Of a DNA stretch of 64,000 nucleotides, positions 22,458 to 33,834 are shown piece after piece. The stretch is from Tetramitus jugosus (lineage: Eukaryota > Protista > Heterolobosea), in the NCBI GenBank assembly GCA_937625935.1, contig OW569351.1, forward strand, positions 580,260 through 644,259, written 5' to 3'. A model generated the notes under the pieces. The model was not told the DNA's origin and searched no databases. It saw only the letters and a program-made list of their open reading frames with translations. How positions within the stretch are numbered: the stretch's first letter is position 1; each line of letters opens with the position of its first letter. A program made the position numbers and the translations under genes.

Positions 22458-25006
22458 TTATATATCCAACAGTTCTCCATCCATCAAAAGGTATTCATCA
22501 TCTGCCTCGATCACTGAGAGAGGTGTTTGATTCTTTGTCCTCATCTTCATGTTCTTCCATGTTTTCAAGCGCTCAATGATCAAAGACTTGCCTTCTTCGT
22601 TCTTCACAACGTTGAGAATAGCAAATCGAACAGGCATTCTGTCCAAGTTCTTGTAGTCCTCCATGGTCTTCATCATGATTTGCTTTTGTTCTGCCTCCAA
22701 CATTACTAGGGCCTTATTGTATCGTGATTTGAACACGGGGCTGTTCATTGCTAACACACCATTGTTGAAGAAGGATATTAACTGTGGAATCAAGGGCATG
22801 ATAGCTATGGATAATCAGTTGATTCATTCGCAAGTAAACTGAAGTTTAGTTTCCATTTGGTCCACATGAACAATAATAAAGTACAACTACTTACTTCCAG
22901 TCACAATACCAAACAGGACATTATTGGATTTGCTGCTAAATAAATCAGAATTGAATGTCTGAGCAGCAAGATAGAACAAACAAATGACGAACAGAGTTAT
23001 AAAACCCTGGAGTAAACTGCCGTTAGTAATTTGGTTGATGTGAGACATCTTAGCCAATCGTGTAAACTGAGTCCAAGAAATAGGAGAGTAATAGAAATCG
23101 GCAGGAACCAGTTTAAGTTCCTCCTCTGTCAATTGACTCAATCGATTATTGTTCTTCTCAATATCTGCAGCGTTCATTGTGGGTCGATCAGTAAAGACGA
23201 ATTCTCTCATGGTGGCATAGGGCATCTCAATATCATTACTGAATTTGTATACTGTTGCAGCCAATGAGACAAGGTAGCCATAAGTCTTTTGATTGAAAAT
23301 ACATAAAGTTGAAGTTAGCATTGTATACACTCTTAGATAGTTGAAGTCATCAAGATGCAACATACCTTTACACTATCGCTGTTCAACAAAAAGTTAGACA
23401 CGGTACTCCAGGCAAATCGTCCAACAACCCCTCCAGCATTGAAGGCAACAACCACGCAACTCATAAACCAAAAGATATCCAGTGTATACGAACACATCAA
23501 ATAAAAGTAGTACTGGAACATGTCCAAAGCTTTCTCCTTTCGTTGAGAAGAACGGCAGCACAACTTCTCCAACACTGTCACAACGAATGCGTTTAGCTTA
23601 TAAACAGGAGATCTGTGAAGAGTGATGACCAATGAAATAATGATAACGACAGCTGCTGTCACATGAATCGCAATCTTTTCAATGATCAAATCAGACTCTG
23701 AGAAATAGGCATAAGTCAACCAGCCGATTCCAGCCAACGAACTAATGAACAGAGCAAATAGTACTTTGAAAGCTCTGGCAAAAAGGTTCTGAGCCTTGGT
23801 TTCATAGGTTTGTGTTTGTTTTCTAGCAGCCAATAACAACTTTAAAACTGCACACCAAAAGTTGATTGCAATTACCGGTATTGTCAACGAGAGAAACTTC
23901 AACCTCTCAGTCGTATATATTTTAGCAAATGATTTCTCGGGCCAATCATTTGGCACGATAACTGAAATCACCATCAAAGTATAGAGGAGAGCGAACACAC
24001 ACAGAAGCCATAGGCCCTCCCATATTCTGAAATTAGAAACCGTCTTGGCAGGTACACCACTGAGCAAGTTTTGCCAAAATGGTGGTCTATACAAAGAGTT
24101 GCTCATGTTCTTTGTCTTGGAGGCTCTCTGAATGACTCTCAACTTTCTCGTCAAATACTTGATCATGAAGAAAATGACCAAATATCTCAACACTTCAAAC
24201 GCATACTCAACAATCATACTGTCTCTAGGAGACTCTACAGACTCAATAGACTCCATTAGAGAAGCAGGATCCAATGGATCAGATCTCGATATAGTCAAAC
24301 AGTTGTAAATATTGCTCAATGAGAACTGATATTTGCTATAGGTGTTTCTATTGGTCACAAAACACACATAGTACTGAGACTTTTTCAACAAATCATTCAT
24401 CACTGACTCTCTCATGAAAACATCTCTCAAAAAAGTCATATTCATTCGCTGTTGCAAATCCTGTGACGTTCCATGCTCTGAAAACGTGAGTGAATCATAA
24501 AAAAATGATTCTGATATCGTTCTTTGAGTAAAGAATCGAGAGTATGGTTGCAAGAAGAGCAAACCCTTTGAGTCAACCACATAAATTGACCTTTTTCCAT
24601 TCTTAAATGTTGGTTTCAGAGCATTGTTCCCATCGACTTGAGTTGTTGATTTTTCTTCTTCGGCTGATAGTTTTGGTAAATGAATAACAATCATCTTTGC
24701 TGATGAAATTAAGAGTCTGGAGTTGATCACTTCCATGCTCTTTTTTGTAAAAATGAGCTCACTGTTCGTGTTGTTGTTATTGTCTGCTGCTGCCTCATTG
24801 TTCATATTATTATTGTGCATTGATAATGGAGACCAATCATTATCATCGTCATCATTGTCGTTGAACGAAGCTTCTTGTTGTTGCTCGTTTGTCAACAAGT
24901 GATTTTTGTGGTTGTTGAGAGCGTGCACTCTTGACTCCAAAAAGAGGAAAAGAATGGCTGCACACAACAGGAGCACAGATATGGTTCGCCCCAATCGAGA
25001 AACCAT
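22458..25006 (-). CDS. Multi-pass membrane protein of unknown function, 3 exons (introns ~23286-23365 and 22805-22894)
   Basis: Three collinear ORFs join in frame through GTATGT...GCTAAC...AAAAG and GTAAGT...CTGAT...CATAG introns. Signal peptide plus many hydrophobic segments. Confidence 0.65.
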
Positions 25007-25575
25007 CAGTAATGTTCGACTCGTCTAAGTGTGTTGTAGTGTCTTGGTAATTTTTTGTTGTGGACAAAAACTACGACAAAAGAATTCGTCCGACAGATGT
25101 CATTTCGGAACTGGGCAACTACAAATTTAAGGTGTGAATCCACAGATCCGCAAACCAACGGCAACTACAATCCTTTGTTTCAGAAGCAACAAAAAATTCA
25201 CACATAAAGATGAAAATGGTGAAAGAACGATTGCCATCTTTTATCCTTGTGTGTGGCGTCTCTGTGTGAATCTTACCAGAGTAGCGCGCACAACGGTCAA
25301 AAAAACCAATATTGTGTTAATCTGGACTTCTGCGAACTTTTCCACCTTATTTTTAGCTGCGCTGTTCGGGACGTCATCCAGATATCAATCGTCATTGGTC
25401 GCAAAAGTAGTTCTGTCGTTTTTTTTCACCCAATTTAGAACTTTGTCATTACCACCTATGGTGGAAAAGCGAAGAAGGCAAATTCCTGCTGGAAAACAAA
25501 GACCTTCAAAATCCACAGAGCACATCACACAACATCACAGAGAAAAACAAAAGAAGATACCCGTAACACACAACG

Positions 25576-27315
25576 ATGAAGTTTTTTGGTACACTCAAGA
25601 GACAGCTCTCCCCAAGCAATGAAAGCCTCACCAATAATGGCACGACAGCAAACAAGTACGACAGAGGAAGCAATGGCCTTAAGAGAAGCAAGAGTCACTT
25701 TGACAAGCAGTCTATTGTTGATATTGCTGATGATTGGATCAATCATATCTCATTGAACACACCACGGTACTCCCAATACACTCGATCCCAATACAAGAGT
25801 TTGTCAATAAGTCATTTCAAGAACATGAATGATCTGAGAGTCACCGAATTTCCAATGATCAGTTCCTCTCCAGCCTCTTTTGCTTGCTCCCTCTCAGCAA
25901 TCTCTCAACCTCTGGAAGTTTCCATCAACAACAAGTGCACCTCTACTCCAAGCACCACTACACTCGATGGGCATTGCAATGAAATGAATGAAATGGGAGA
26001 AGAGAAATTGTGGGACGAGGTGATAACGGATGAAGATGAACTCTCTACAAGCACTGGTGTATTCATGGAAGACACTGAAAACTATTGTGGAACGAACACT
26101 GATGAGCTCTTTGATTCACGGACAACTAGCATGTACTGTTTCACACCACAGAGTCCTCAATCTGATGCAGAAAGAACCAACAGTCAACAAACGTCTGTCA
26201 TTGAGCAAATGGCAACTTGTTGTATGATGCCTAATGATTCTGGATATGGAATGTTGAGAATGTTGATTGAACAACATGTTGGCGACACAGTGAGCATTAA
26301 TTCTGTGAGAGATAAAACGAGAAACAATTGCACGCTGTTGCACTTGGCTGCAAAGCACGACAATATTGAGTGCATGTCTTTCTTGATCAATAATCAAGAA
26401 GCAGATGTGAATGTTGATGATTGGTGTGGCAGTAGTCCACTGCACTATTCTGTTTCAGGAAACGCAAGAGATGCCACAATTCTTCTCTTGAGCAGCAAAG
26501 CAAATCTTAACAAGAAGGATCACTATGGCAGTTCCCCTCTTCAAATTGCTCTATACAATAATAATCTCGACATTATGAGAGATTTGATTCTTTGGGGAGC
26601 AGATGTTCATCTGAGAGGCAAAAGAGGTGATACTGTGCTCCATCAAGCATGTAAGGGCGGCTTCTTGAAGCGTGTGAAGTTTCTGATTGAAAGCTGCAAT
26701 GCCTCTATTCTCAGAATGAACACCAACAATGAGCATGCTTTGTTCTCTGCTTTGGCTTATCCATCAGTTCTACAATACTTGTGTGATCACATCGAAACAA
26801 GTCAACAGTTTGTTAAACTGATATCATCAACGAACACATATGGAAAAACAGTGTTTCATGTTGCTGCTGAAAGAGGATACTTGGAGGGGTTACTAGTCCT
26901 CATAAGAGAGGTAAAGAAATGGGCAGACGAAGGAGAACAAGATTTGATTGAACAAATACTAGTTCAACGACTAAATGAATATGAGAATGAGAAGGGTTTG
27001 ACTCCATTGCATTTGGCAGTCTCACATGGGAGAGAAGAAGTCACCAAGTTTCTTGCAATGAGTCTTCAAGTTGATGTGAACAAAAAGTGTAGAGCACGCG
27101 GTGAATCTCCAATCCAGCTCGCTATTCGCAAGTGCAATAAATCAATATGCGAGATATTGATTGACCATGGAAAGGTTGAAGTGGCCAAGAATGAACTTGT
27201 CGCTTTCCAACTGTTGGGAGTAGATCCACAGTTGAATGAGATCAAGAAAAGACAATCCGTTGGTAGTGTAGCACTGACATCGATCAAAAAGAAAGCGAGC
27301 TCACTTTTCGTATAA
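25576..27315 (+). CDS. Ankyrin-repeat protein
   Basis: Repeated TLLHLAA / SPLHYSV / TVLHQAC / TPLHLAV motifs. Confidence 0.9.
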   Translation: MKFFGTLKRQLSPSNESLTNNGTTANKYDRGSNGLKRSKSHFDKQSIVDIADDWINHISLNTPRYSQYTRSQYKSLSISHFKNMNDLRVTEFPMISSSPASFACSLSAISQPLEVSINNKCTSTPSTTTLDGHCNEMNEMGEEKLWDEVITDEDELSTSTGVFMEDTENYCGTNTDELFDSRTTSMYCFTPQSPQSDAERTNSQQTSVIEQMATCCMMPNDSGYGMLRMLIEQHVGDTVSINSVRDKTRNNCTLLHLAAKHDNIECMSFLINNQEADVNVDDWCGSSPLHYSVSGNARDATILLLSSKANLNKKDHYGSSPLQIALYNNNLDIMRDLILWGADVHLRGKRGDTVLHQACKGGFLKRVKFLIESCNASILRMNTNNEHALFSALAYPSVLQYLCDHIETSQQFVKLISSTNTYGKTVFHVAAERGYLEGLLVLIREVKKWADEGEQDLIEQILVQRLNEYENEKGLTPLHLAVSHGREEVTKFLAMSLQVDVNKKCRARGESPIQLAIRKCNKSICEILIDHGKVEVAKNELVAFQLLGVDPQLNEIKKRQSVGSVALTSIKKKASSLFV

Positions 27316-27338
27316 ATATAGTTCATGTTTATATTCAA

Positions 27339-28634
27339 TTATTCTTTGCCACAATGTGATTTGTGGTGAGTCCAATTATTCTTTTGACAATCAGTGCTGC
27401 AATACTCAATCGACTTGCATCGCCCACATCGCTTGAGAGTTTTGTGTCCTTCACCACACTCTGCACAAACACCAGCAGCTTTCCCTAATAAAATTACCTG
27501 CTTATCTGACTTGCCAAAGTATGCTCTCCAATACTTGTAAACTTGTGTTGCTATCTTCATGAGTATGTCGTTTCCTTGAGCGGATAGTTTCATCGTACTC
27601 AGATGCATACACCATGTCACAAGTTGATCCAAGAAAATTGTTGTACCGATTGTGGCTTTGTCCAGGTAGTCCAAGTAGAGTTGTAATTTGTCGAATTGAA
27701 TCATGTCTGGTGATTTCATATACAATGCAAAGTAGAGACTCTTCTCGAATTGCATTTGCCTCGTTAATCCAATAATCCAATGCTGTTCATCAACAATGGC
27801 CAGAGCTGAAGATACAAAACCATCTAGATCTACATCTCTAGTCTCTAGAGCTTCTTGATTTTTCTTTACTAATTCTTCCAATATTTCTTCTCTTGAAAGC
27901 ATCATCTCATTATCCCTAAATTCTCTTGAAGTACAAGTGTTGCATTTCCAAGTTGACGTCGATGGATTTCTTATCGCTCTTCCATTCTTGCATTGAATAC
28001 ATTTCAATACTCGACTTAAGTCTGGAGAATTGCATCTGTCACAGGCACACTTGTACAATCTCCGTGGCATGATGTACTCATCTCGGTTTTTGGCAGATTG
28101 AAACCGAATAGAGTCTGGAATATAGGAAGCACAGATTACTTCTCCTTTTTCAATGTTTCGTTGGGCAACAAAGACCAAATTTTGTTCTTCAGTTATGTGA
28201 TACGCAACATTTGGTGAACAAGAGTGAGACGCTTTGGCTCCAATCCTAAACAAGGCAACATTACAGTCTCGAACTCCATAGCTGTTAATTCTACATATTG
28301 CAATGATTTTAGCAAGTGTAGTCTTATTACTCTTGAATGAAGCTGCTATCTCCTCTATTTCTTCTTCGACGCTACTGACGAGATCACTTGGAGCAAAACA
28401 GCTTTGTGCTTCAGATTGTATCTCTAACGAACAATTGTCAAAAGCGGAGCAGATGTTGGTCATGTATTGTTTCTCATCTTCAGATTCTTTCCAAAGAAAA
28501 AGTGGTCGGTCTGTAGCAACAGTAGTACCAAAAGGTATAAATTTTGCAGCTGCGAGAGTCTCTCCATATCGTTCATTGTAGCTCAGCACAACATGCTCCA
28601 TTTGCTCATCGATCCTTGTAGCTGCCATTTCCAT
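27339..28634 (-). CDS. SET-domain lysine methyltransferase with C-terminal MYND finger (SMYD-like)
   Basis: ASHSCSPN, GEVICASY, post-SET CACDRC, MYND CAEC...CGRC...YCSTDCQKNNWTHHKSHC. Confidence 0.88.
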   Translation of the reverse strand: MEMAATRIDEQMEHVVLSYNERYGETLAAAKFIPFGTTVATDRPLFLWKESEDEKQYMTNICSAFDNCSLEIQSEAQSCFAPSDLVSSVEEEIEEIAASFKSNKTTLAKIIAICRINSYGVRDCNVALFRIGAKASHSCSPNVAYHITEEQNLVFVAQRNIEKGEVICASYIPDSIRFQSAKNRDEYIMPRRLYKCACDRCNSPDLSRVLKCIQCKNGRAIRNPSTSTWKCNTCTSREFRDNEMMLSREEILEELVKKNQEALETRDVDLDGFVSSALAIVDEQHWIIGLTRQMQFEKSLYFALYMKSPDMIQFDKLQLYLDYLDKATIGTTIFLDQLVTWCMHLSTMKLSAQGNDILMKIATQVYKYWRAYFGKSDKQVILLGKAAGVCAECGEGHKTLKRCGRCKSIEYCSTDCQKNNWTHHKSHCGKE

Positions 28635-28916
28635 AAGTTTCTGTGGTCTGTTGTTGAATGAGAGTGTACTTACTCATCGTAGGGAGCGATTCATCTCGAG
28701 ATATCGTGCATTCCACCGTGTATTCGAAACGTGTCTTGATAAAACGTGTGCGAAAGTCCACCCGATTCGTGCGCGAAAAAAATCCGACGAACAAATATGG
28801 TTGTATTGTCCACCAATGAGTGGGCTAGTTCTTGGCCAAAGCGCCAAAGAACAGGCACACCGATGATCGACAGGCAGTAAGAAGCATATGAAGGCGATGT
28901 TTATTCACAATAAGAT

Positions 28917-30218
28917 TTACGCAAATACAAAATCGATATCTGTCCATCGCTTCAATTGTCTTGCCATTGTTAGTTTTTTCAAGAAAAGGATACTATCTGC
29001 TGAAGTATCATTCAAGGTGAAGACAATCGTATGGTGCTCACCACAAGCAATTGCTAAGCGTTGAGATGAGTTTGGAGTAATTGGACATCCGAAAGAAGAT
29101 CGAGCAACAGATCCATCTATCAGATCATCTTCATTCAACCCAGAGGAACTGAGGTTCAGTTCACCATCTTCATTTGTACCAGCTGAAAAGATCTCTTCAC
29201 GTGTCACGACATGGATAGAATCACGTCCCATCACTACATCGATCACTGGCGGTAAAGGCCGATTATTTGGCAATATGAATCGATATACTCCGCTGAAACC
29301 ATCAATATTGACTTCATCACAGTATTTCTTCTTCTTTGTCGATATTATGAACAGGTATACTTCATTGTCACACGTTACAATCACACTCGCATCACATTTA
29401 CATCGAACTAACTTTGCTCGTTTCTCTCCTAAAGCTGTTACAAGCCTAAAGCCATCAAACGTTCCACAATTGGAAGGCTGTGCCAATTTTGAAGAATTTT
29501 CTCCACCACTAAAAACTCGACCCATATTGGTCAATAACATACAATGAAAACTTCCTGCACTCAATCGAACGATATACTCTCCATGCATTAGATCATTGAA
29601 TGGTAGTAGGACTCTGGATGCTGAAAGACGATTGCTATTAAGCCAATTCTGACCCGAGACAAATACATACTTGTTGTTGCACACAAATGTCGTAAATGAA
29701 TAAGAACATGCTATATGAGTCACACTCAAGTCGTCATCAACACTATCAGAGAGACGGAAAGGCGGCAATAATTGTACGTCCCTGTAATCTGTCGGTTCTG
29801 TCAATCCCAATTGATAATACGTGTTAGATCCAACACCATACACACTTTTACCCTGATCTGAAACAAAGAAGGATCTGAGGGCGCCACATGAGATCCATTC
29901 GATCTTCTTGTTTTCGATGAGACTTCTGACACGCTGAAATTTGTGATGATGCCTTTCACTATTATTGTTGGATGCTTGTTGGTCATCAATGGCAATCTGT
30001 TGTGACACGGGTGTGACACCTGTTTGACCCTTGGTTTCAGCTCCTGAAGCAAACACTTGACCATCCTTTGTCAAAATAGTTGTAAAAGTGTAACCACAGT
30101 CAATTTGACGGATGGAAAAAGGGAAAAAGGTTGTAATCATTTGTTTAACACTGTGTGCGCCCGAAGAGACGCCACATTGAAGCTCACCATTTCGTCCAAC
30201 AACTCCGATCAAGCTCAT
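28917..30218 (-). CDS. RCC1-repeat beta-propeller protein
   Basis: Repeated IDCGYTFT...VFASG, ISCG...YGVGSNTYYQLG, LSAGSFHCMLL, IACGEHHT. Confidence 0.88.
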   Translation of the reverse strand: MSLIGVVGRNGELQCGVSSGAHSVKQMITTFFPFSIRQIDCGYTFTTILTKDGQVFASGAETKGQTGVTPVSQQIAIDDQQASNNNSERHHHKFQRVRSLIENKKIEWISCGALRSFFVSDQGKSVYGVGSNTYYQLGLTEPTDYRDVQLLPPFRLSDSVDDDLSVTHIACSYSFTTFVCNNKYVFVSGQNWLNSNRLSASRVLLPFNDLMHGEYIVRLSAGSFHCMLLTNMGRVFSGGENSSKLAQPSNCGTFDGFRLVTALGEKRAKLVRCKCDASVIVTCDNEVYLFIISTKKKKYCDEVNIDGFSGVYRFILPNNRPLPPVIDVVMGRDSIHVVTREEIFSAGTNEDGELNLSSSGLNEDDLIDGSVARSSFGCPITPNSSQRLAIACGEHHTIVFTLNDTSADSILFLKKLTMARQLKRWTDIDFVFA

Positions 30219-30247
30219 GGGTGTGATTCAGTTTTGTTTTTTTTTAA

Positions 30248-30259
30248 GGATGTAGTTCG
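30248..30259 (+). repeat. Left terminal inverted repeat GGATGTAGTTCG
   Basis: Perfect reverse complement of 33908-33919; 15/17 match if extended inward. Confidence 0.9.
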
Positions 30260-30340
30260 TTGGACCTCAACGTATAAATAGAACTCTACCTATAAATTTT
30301 TTTGGGCACGACACCCAATCACAAACACAAACTTACGATC

Positions 30341-30511
30341 ATGGTTGCCACATCTCATCAATGGTTCTGTTCCGGCTGTGGTTCCGTCTCAGCCAAGAGT
30401 ATTATAATGAATACTGCCTCATGGTTCTGCCCAGGATGCGGTCAAGTACTGGTTGATTCAACAAGCAATCAAAACAGGCACAAAAAATTTCCTTTGCAAT
30501 TTGCACGGTAA
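30341..30511 (+). CDS. 56-aa double-CxxC (zinc-ribbon-like) micro-ORF inside the transposon
   Basis: MVATSHQWFCSGCG...WFCPGCGQ; TATAAAT boxes at 30273 and 30291. Confidence 0.45.
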   Translation: MVATSHQWFCSGCGSVSAKSIIMNTASWFCPGCGQVLVDSTSNQNRHKKFPLQFAR

Positions 30512-30799
30512 GCCTGACTTGCAAACGGCCAAACAGTGTGAGTACAAATTGTCCATATAAGACCTTATTGTTGATAGATTATTGACTATCGAAGATCGAA
30601 AATCCCGACACGTCAATACCAAATTCAACACATCTTCTACACCAAGGAACGAACCAACTAGATACACAAATAAATCAATATGTATATCGGTTATTCTTAC
30701 TTTTCTTTTGACTCCAAACTTTACCAATTGTTGGTGTTGGTTATGTCTTCTTTTGGCGCCTTTTCCTTGTTTTCCCATTTGTTCATTGATTTTTTTCAT
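30458..30799 (-). CDS. Small F-box-like ORF inside the transposon
   Basis: RITDIHIDLFVYLVGSFLGVEDVLNLVLTCRDFR resembles the F-box consensus; basic NLS-like N-terminus. Confidence 0.45.
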   Translation of the reverse strand: MKKINEQMGKQGKGAKRRHNQHQQLVKFGVKRKVRITDIHIDLFVYLVGSFLGVEDVLNLVLTCRDFRSSIVNNLSTIRSYMDNLYSHCLAVCKSGLPCKLQRKFFVPVLIAC

Positions 30800-30879
30800 C
30801 ACTTGCAAAAAACAGAAAACAAATACTCTGAAGGACATCGTGAATGCGAGTGACCTGATGATGAGTATGAGTTTTCTGA

Positions 30880-31564
30880 TGTTTGTCAAATTCTGTCCTA
30901 CTATTGATACCATTAGAGAGGTGTTGAATTGTCCGATAACTTGAGTATTCAGATCTCATTGATGACACTTGCTCTTCAAACATATCCTGATAACACTGAC
31001 TATGTCAACAAGATTATTAATAACATTGCTAGTCAATTGAATAGCACTGCACTTGCTTCAGATGAAATTGTAGAGATGTTGAAGCGATTGTTGTTGGTGC
31101 CACTCGAGTCATACAACAATGTGCTAACAGTTTTGAAGTTGGAGAAGTATGGTGATATTATTCATTCTCTTGGATATGAACAGAGAAAGTTTATTGCACT
31201 GAGCATTGTGAGATGCGCACTTGACAATGGACACAAGATTTCAACATTTGAACAAGTGAACAAACTGTTTGATTTGATTCGTCCACTGTTGAAGGATGAG
31301 GAAGACCAAACAACATTCTCACCTTCTGACGACTCACCAATAGCTGCAACATTGCTCGAAGATTTCGAAGAAGAACAGAACTTGATTGCCAGATTGGTTC
31401 ATTTGTTTGATAATAGCGATACTGATCAATTGTTTAAAGTTTTGGCCGCAGCCAGAAAGCACTTTGGTCAGGGTGGTGTCAAGAGAATTCAATACACATT
31501 GGTACCGCTTGTATTCTCCTACTTGAAACTTGCTCAGAGAATCTACAATGCACACTGCAAATAG
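30880..31564 (+). pseudogene. VPS35: Internal fragment of retromer subunit VPS35 captured in the transposon
   Basis: ISLMTLALQTYPDNTDYVNKI...LLLVPLESY...EDFEEEQNLIARLVHLF...ARKHFGQGGVKRIQYTLVPLVF is typical Vps35 mid-region. No N- or C-terminus; apparent frameshift near 30920. Confidence 0.88.
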
Positions 31565-31920
31565 ACACCTCTTGTCGACTCTCCATCTTTTTTGATTGAT
31601 TTGGTTGTTGTTGTTGTTGTTGATGTTCGTTGTGCGACTTGTGTTTTTCGTTGTTGTTGTTGTCGTGTCAGAGAGAAAGTTTTTCGTTGTCTTTCGTTTG
31701 GTTCAAGATTGGATAGATAGGTGGATATATTATAAAAAAATACAATAAATGTTGTATCAGTTTCCTCTAAGCTGCGGAATTGGTGCAGTTGTAAAAATTT
31801 CCGTTGAGACTGTCTTTACAACGACAACGGCCATCTACCTCGGTTTAAAAAGCGCTGTCTTTTTCGCTGTTTGATTCAACTCACACAACAAACACAACAC
31901 ACAACAAATACAATAACATT

Positions 31921-33834
31921 ATGCCACGAGGCGTGCCTAAGGACGGCAAGAGAAAGAGAAAGAGAGAGACTGTCAAAAAGAATGAATACTCATCACATTA
32001 CGTGGTCAAGGTCGGTCTGAAGTCTCTGTTGTTGCATCATCCAACTCTGTTACCAATCATACAGACTCAAGCTCTGGAGATTACAAGGATTGCTCTTCGA
32101 CTCACAAGATTTATAAACATATTCGTTTTGAGGCACTTGGAGTCTGACTATCAAATCCCTTTATTAGATCAAGTGTTTCTTCAAAGATTAGGTTCTGTGT
32201 TGTTTGGACGCAATTCAAAACCAAGAGACAATAACTTAAGTCTCATCAACGAGTCTGTCAACATGGACGATGTAGTAGTCAAACTCAGAAAGATTTATCA
32301 GAGTTTTGCCACGTCCATCAATTATGTTGCCAGGTCTCTCAATGTCAACATCTCCAACATGCTCAAGTTCACATTGGAACCAAGACTGAGGAAGTATCTG
32401 AGGGTCAGAATGAATCAACTACACAGTGACTCATCTATTCCAAAGTCAGAACAAAGAAGGGTTGTTGAATACATTATCAGAAGGTTGACATTTAGCACTC
32501 CTGTCCACGATTTTATCAAATTGCCTCCAAAAGAGTTGATAGAGACGATTCCTGTGTTGATCCGAGAGGTTCGAACACTTGTTGATGCTAAAACTGATGA
32601 AGTAATTGATGAATCATTTGTGAAGAACAACACCAATAACATGCTGAAGTTTTACTGGCATGTTCAACAATTTCTGATCAACAATGATATGAAATCGTTT
32701 GCACTACTTCCTTTGTCTCATTTCAAGTGCAGGTGTATGGAGATTGGCACAAAGGAATTAGTTGATATGCTTAAACAGAAGAAACAAGGAAGACAAAAGA
32801 AGGGCGAGGAGTCAACTGAATTGAAGTGTAATCTCAAGTGTTTGAATGTTGGAACAAAGAAGATTCAAATCGACTCTATCAGAACTGACGGTATTCAGGC
32901 CTCTGTTGTTCTCAGACATCAACTCATTGGCAATCACAAGAACAATAAGGCAAAGGAATCCAAGGGCCAGAAAGAAGCAAAGAAGAGAAAGAAAGAAACA
33001 AGTATGAACGAAGGTGCTGAATATTTGGTTGGGATTGACCCGGGTATTGTTACGTTGGTGAGTTGTGCAGATTCAGATGGCAAGAAGTGGGAGTTTTCTA
33101 ACAAAACATATAGACATCTGTCCCACCATTCAAAAAACTCCAAGCGATTGCTGAAATACAAAGCAGAATGGAACGAAATGAATGAGAAGAACTTGGATGA
33201 ACTCCAAAACTCAATCAAACAGGCCGGTGTACCAACAAGTGGTCTGTTCCTTGAACACATCAATTCTGTGTTGAAAGTCGAGGATGATTTGTTGAATTTT
33301 TATTGCACCCCAAAGGTGAAGAGACTGAATTGGGATAGCTATATAATGAGAGATAAGACGATTGCCAATGTTATGAATGACTTTCGAAAGAGAGCAAATG
33401 GAAGAAGCATGTTAATTGGGATGGGCAATGCTGGTTTTGGTCATTGTTACAAAGGACATGCTCCAACACCAAAAGGAAAGCTATTGAAAAAGTTGAATGA
33501 GCACTTCAAAGTGAAAATGATCGACGAGTTCATGACAAGTCAGAAATGTCATCATTGCCATTCTCACATGAAGCCAGTCAAGCATAAGAGAATAGACAAG
33601 AATGGAACGTTGAATGTCTCTGTCGTCCGAGGAGTTAAACAGTGTGCAACCACTAAATGTTTAGTGACTCACAACAGAGACATCAATGCGGCCAAGAACA
33701 TGCTCCATCTACTGAGAACAGAAATGGATGGACAGTCACGTCCCGATGCCTTCAAGAGGAAGAAAAAGGTCGCAAAAGAATTAATCAAAATGGTGGAACA
33801 CCTCCAAGGCTCACTCCATCAAGCTGCTATGTAA
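31921..33834 (+). CDS. Fanzor1-type RNA-guided DNA endonuclease (TnpB/Cas12 homolog), 637 aa, apparently intact
   Basis: RuvC-I LVGIDPG (D373); GNAGFG...HAPTP; rearranged RuvC-II IDEFMTSQKCHHC (E536); Zn finger CHHC...CATTKC; RuvC-III HNRDINAAKNM (D587); N-terminal KRKRKR NLS. Confidence 0.93.
   Translation: MPRGVPKDGKRKRKRETVKKNEYSSHYVVKVGLKSLLLHHPTLLPIIQTQALEITRIALRLTRFINIFVLRHLESDYQIPLLDQVFLQRLGSVLFGRNSKPRDNNLSLINESVNMDDVVVKLRKIYQSFATSINYVARSLNVNISNMLKFTLEPRLRKYLRVRMNQLHSDSSIPKSEQRRVVEYIIRRLTFSTPVHDFIKLPPKELIETIPVLIREVRTLVDAKTDEVIDESFVKNNTNNMLKFYWHVQQFLINNDMKSFALLPLSHFKCRCMEIGTKELVDMLKQKKQGRQKKGEESTELKCNLKCLNVGTKKIQIDSIRTDGIQASVVLRHQLIGNHKNNKAKESKGQKEAKKRKKETSMNEGAEYLVGIDPGIVTLVSCADSDGKKWEFSNKTYRHLSHHSKNSKRLLKYKAEWNEMNEKNLDELQNSIKQAGVPTSGLFLEHINSVLKVEDDLLNFYCTPKVKRLNWDSYIMRDKTIANVMNDFRKRANGRSMLIGMGNAGFGHCYKGHAPTPKGKLLKKLNEHFKVKMIDEFMTSQKCHHCHSHMKPVKHKRIDKNGTLNVSVVRGVKQCATTKCLVTHNRDINAAKNMLHLLRTEMDGQSRPDAFKRKKKVAKELIKMVEHLQGSLHQAAM

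Noticed and set aside
30220-30236. GGTGTGAT in the left flank matching the start of the right flank (possible long TSD)
   Set aside because: Not adjacent to the TIR and only 8 bp; the TTAA/TA duplication explains the ends.
30929-31564. Functional VPS35 gene
   Set aside because: Only a middle fragment; no ATG, no spliceable flanking exons seen, enclosed by the transposon TIRs.
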